From NCBI GenBank assembly GCA_000934665.2, contig KZ538479.1, positions 1-64,000 on the forward strand: a DNA stretch of 64,000 nt. Direction: 5' to 3'. Below are positions 62,601 to 64,000 of this stretch, one piece after another (position 1 is the stretch's first letter; every line of letters starts with the position of its first letter). The translations under genes and the position numbers were made by a program. The notes under the pieces are model-generated. The model was not told the origin of the DNA and searched no databases. It saw nothing but the letters and a program-made list of their open reading frames with translations. Source of the stretch: Catajapyx aquilonaris (lineage: Eukaryota).

Positions 62601-64000
62601 CCGGAGAGATCTCACAATTGCAACAATTCACTCTATACGGAACATGCCCAATGATTGACTCGACGTAAAAACAGTGTGACTTCCCCAACTCTCAGTTAGT
62701 GTGATTTAGAGCGCAGTCATGGTGTTCCCCAACACCTGTCATCTTCATAAATCTTTCCCATTGTGTCCGGACCGTTTAGATTACAACAGACTAATGGATT
62801 ATATCGCTTTGTTCACCCCCTTGGTGCGCCATTATCTATGCATGTCCCTACTAGGAAAGTAATCGCCACGATGCTTTCTACAAAATAGCACGCAACCCTG
62901 ATGGAGGTAATCCTTTTGTTGTCACCCAGCCAGCTCACAAGACTACTGCAGACTGCATTTTTCCACTTCGATTTGAATTAATCGATAAGACATTAGGACG
63001 ATCAAGCTAAAACGTGTTAGCCTCTATAGAACCAAAAGAAATAAAAGCGTTTTCAAACTCCTAACAATGTTAACAATTAGTTGGCATGCGAACTATTTTA
63101 CAAATTTAAGCCAGTGAAAGGTCCAAAATCCAATCTAGTTTGTAGTGGTAGACATAAAAAAGAACAATCGTTCTGGATCCCAAGTCGTTGTTTATTGCCC
63201 GGATCGAAGGTGGTTCCGAGAGCGAGCTGGTGGACTCGTGACCAAGCACGTCTTTTGGGGATCAAGAGAGCCATTTATGGGGATGGACAGACAGGGGAGC
63301 CCGGCTGAGTAAATAGACGCCCTAGACTCCCAACACTCTCCAGCGTATAGTGCTTCTCGCCGTCGAGAGGCTTTCCACACCATCATGGGTTGCATATGAA
63401 GCAGGGACACGCACACAAGGAACCTGGACACTCTCGAGTTCGGTCAATTTGGACACTGTATTGAGGACGGAAACGCAAGTTAGGCAAATATTTACACATT
63501 GAACATTTTCTGCAGCAAGATACATTGTGGTCACAGTTCAAACAAATGTGAAATGCGACCCTGCACCCGGACATTCAGAGAAATTCGCTGATGTCTTCTT
63601 TGTAAAAAAAATGGTCCACAGTGATGCATTCCACGTCTCATAAGAATGCCGGAACAATACAGGAAAAATGAGCTTTATATTAATTGACAAAAGATTGCTC
63701 GTTAGTGACTAAGGGCATACCCACCAAAATTAAGTGCAACTTCCTCCTGGAGCTTTATCAGATAAATCCATAAATTGCTGAGTTGTCCTCCCCTGGCCCG
63801 AATTCTCCCCCGATCCAGAAATGTCATAAATGGAGAGGGCCTGCTGACACGCTGGGATGTGACGCTAAGAGGGGGGAGGGGGGAGGCGTCGAGATCACGT
63901 TCCCGACGTCACCCACGAAAATGACATAAACGAGACTGAGCGCAGGCAGCAGTCCCTTTGCCGCCGACAAACCGACCGTTTCATTTCTAGCTGGAAGCCC

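Overview
Eukaryotic genomic DNA, most likely an insect (inferred from the gene type and repeat content). The only supportable protein-coding gene is a complete 7-exon secreted pancreatic-lipase-family gene (+, 9588-12507, 358 aa). It has an intact Ser-Asp-His triad, a short 11-residue lid, no C-terminal PLAT domain, and a TATA/Inr promoter. The first ~3.4 kb is a mosaic tandem array of six related units, each starting at a TATA-like box. Most units also carry a TGACGTCA site and a cluster of C-GNA-G mini-hairpins. The rest is non-coding. It holds many short non-autonomous DNA transposons (hAT, PIF/Harbinger-like, Tc1/mariner/pogo-like, Sola-like, DINE/HINE-like), some nested, and tRNA-derived SINEs with clear target-site duplications (TSDs) that appear to shuffle heads, bodies and tails. 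Two long perfect palindromes are also present. Nearly all other ORFs in the track look spurious. Superfamily calls rest on termini and TSDs read by eye; no database search was run.
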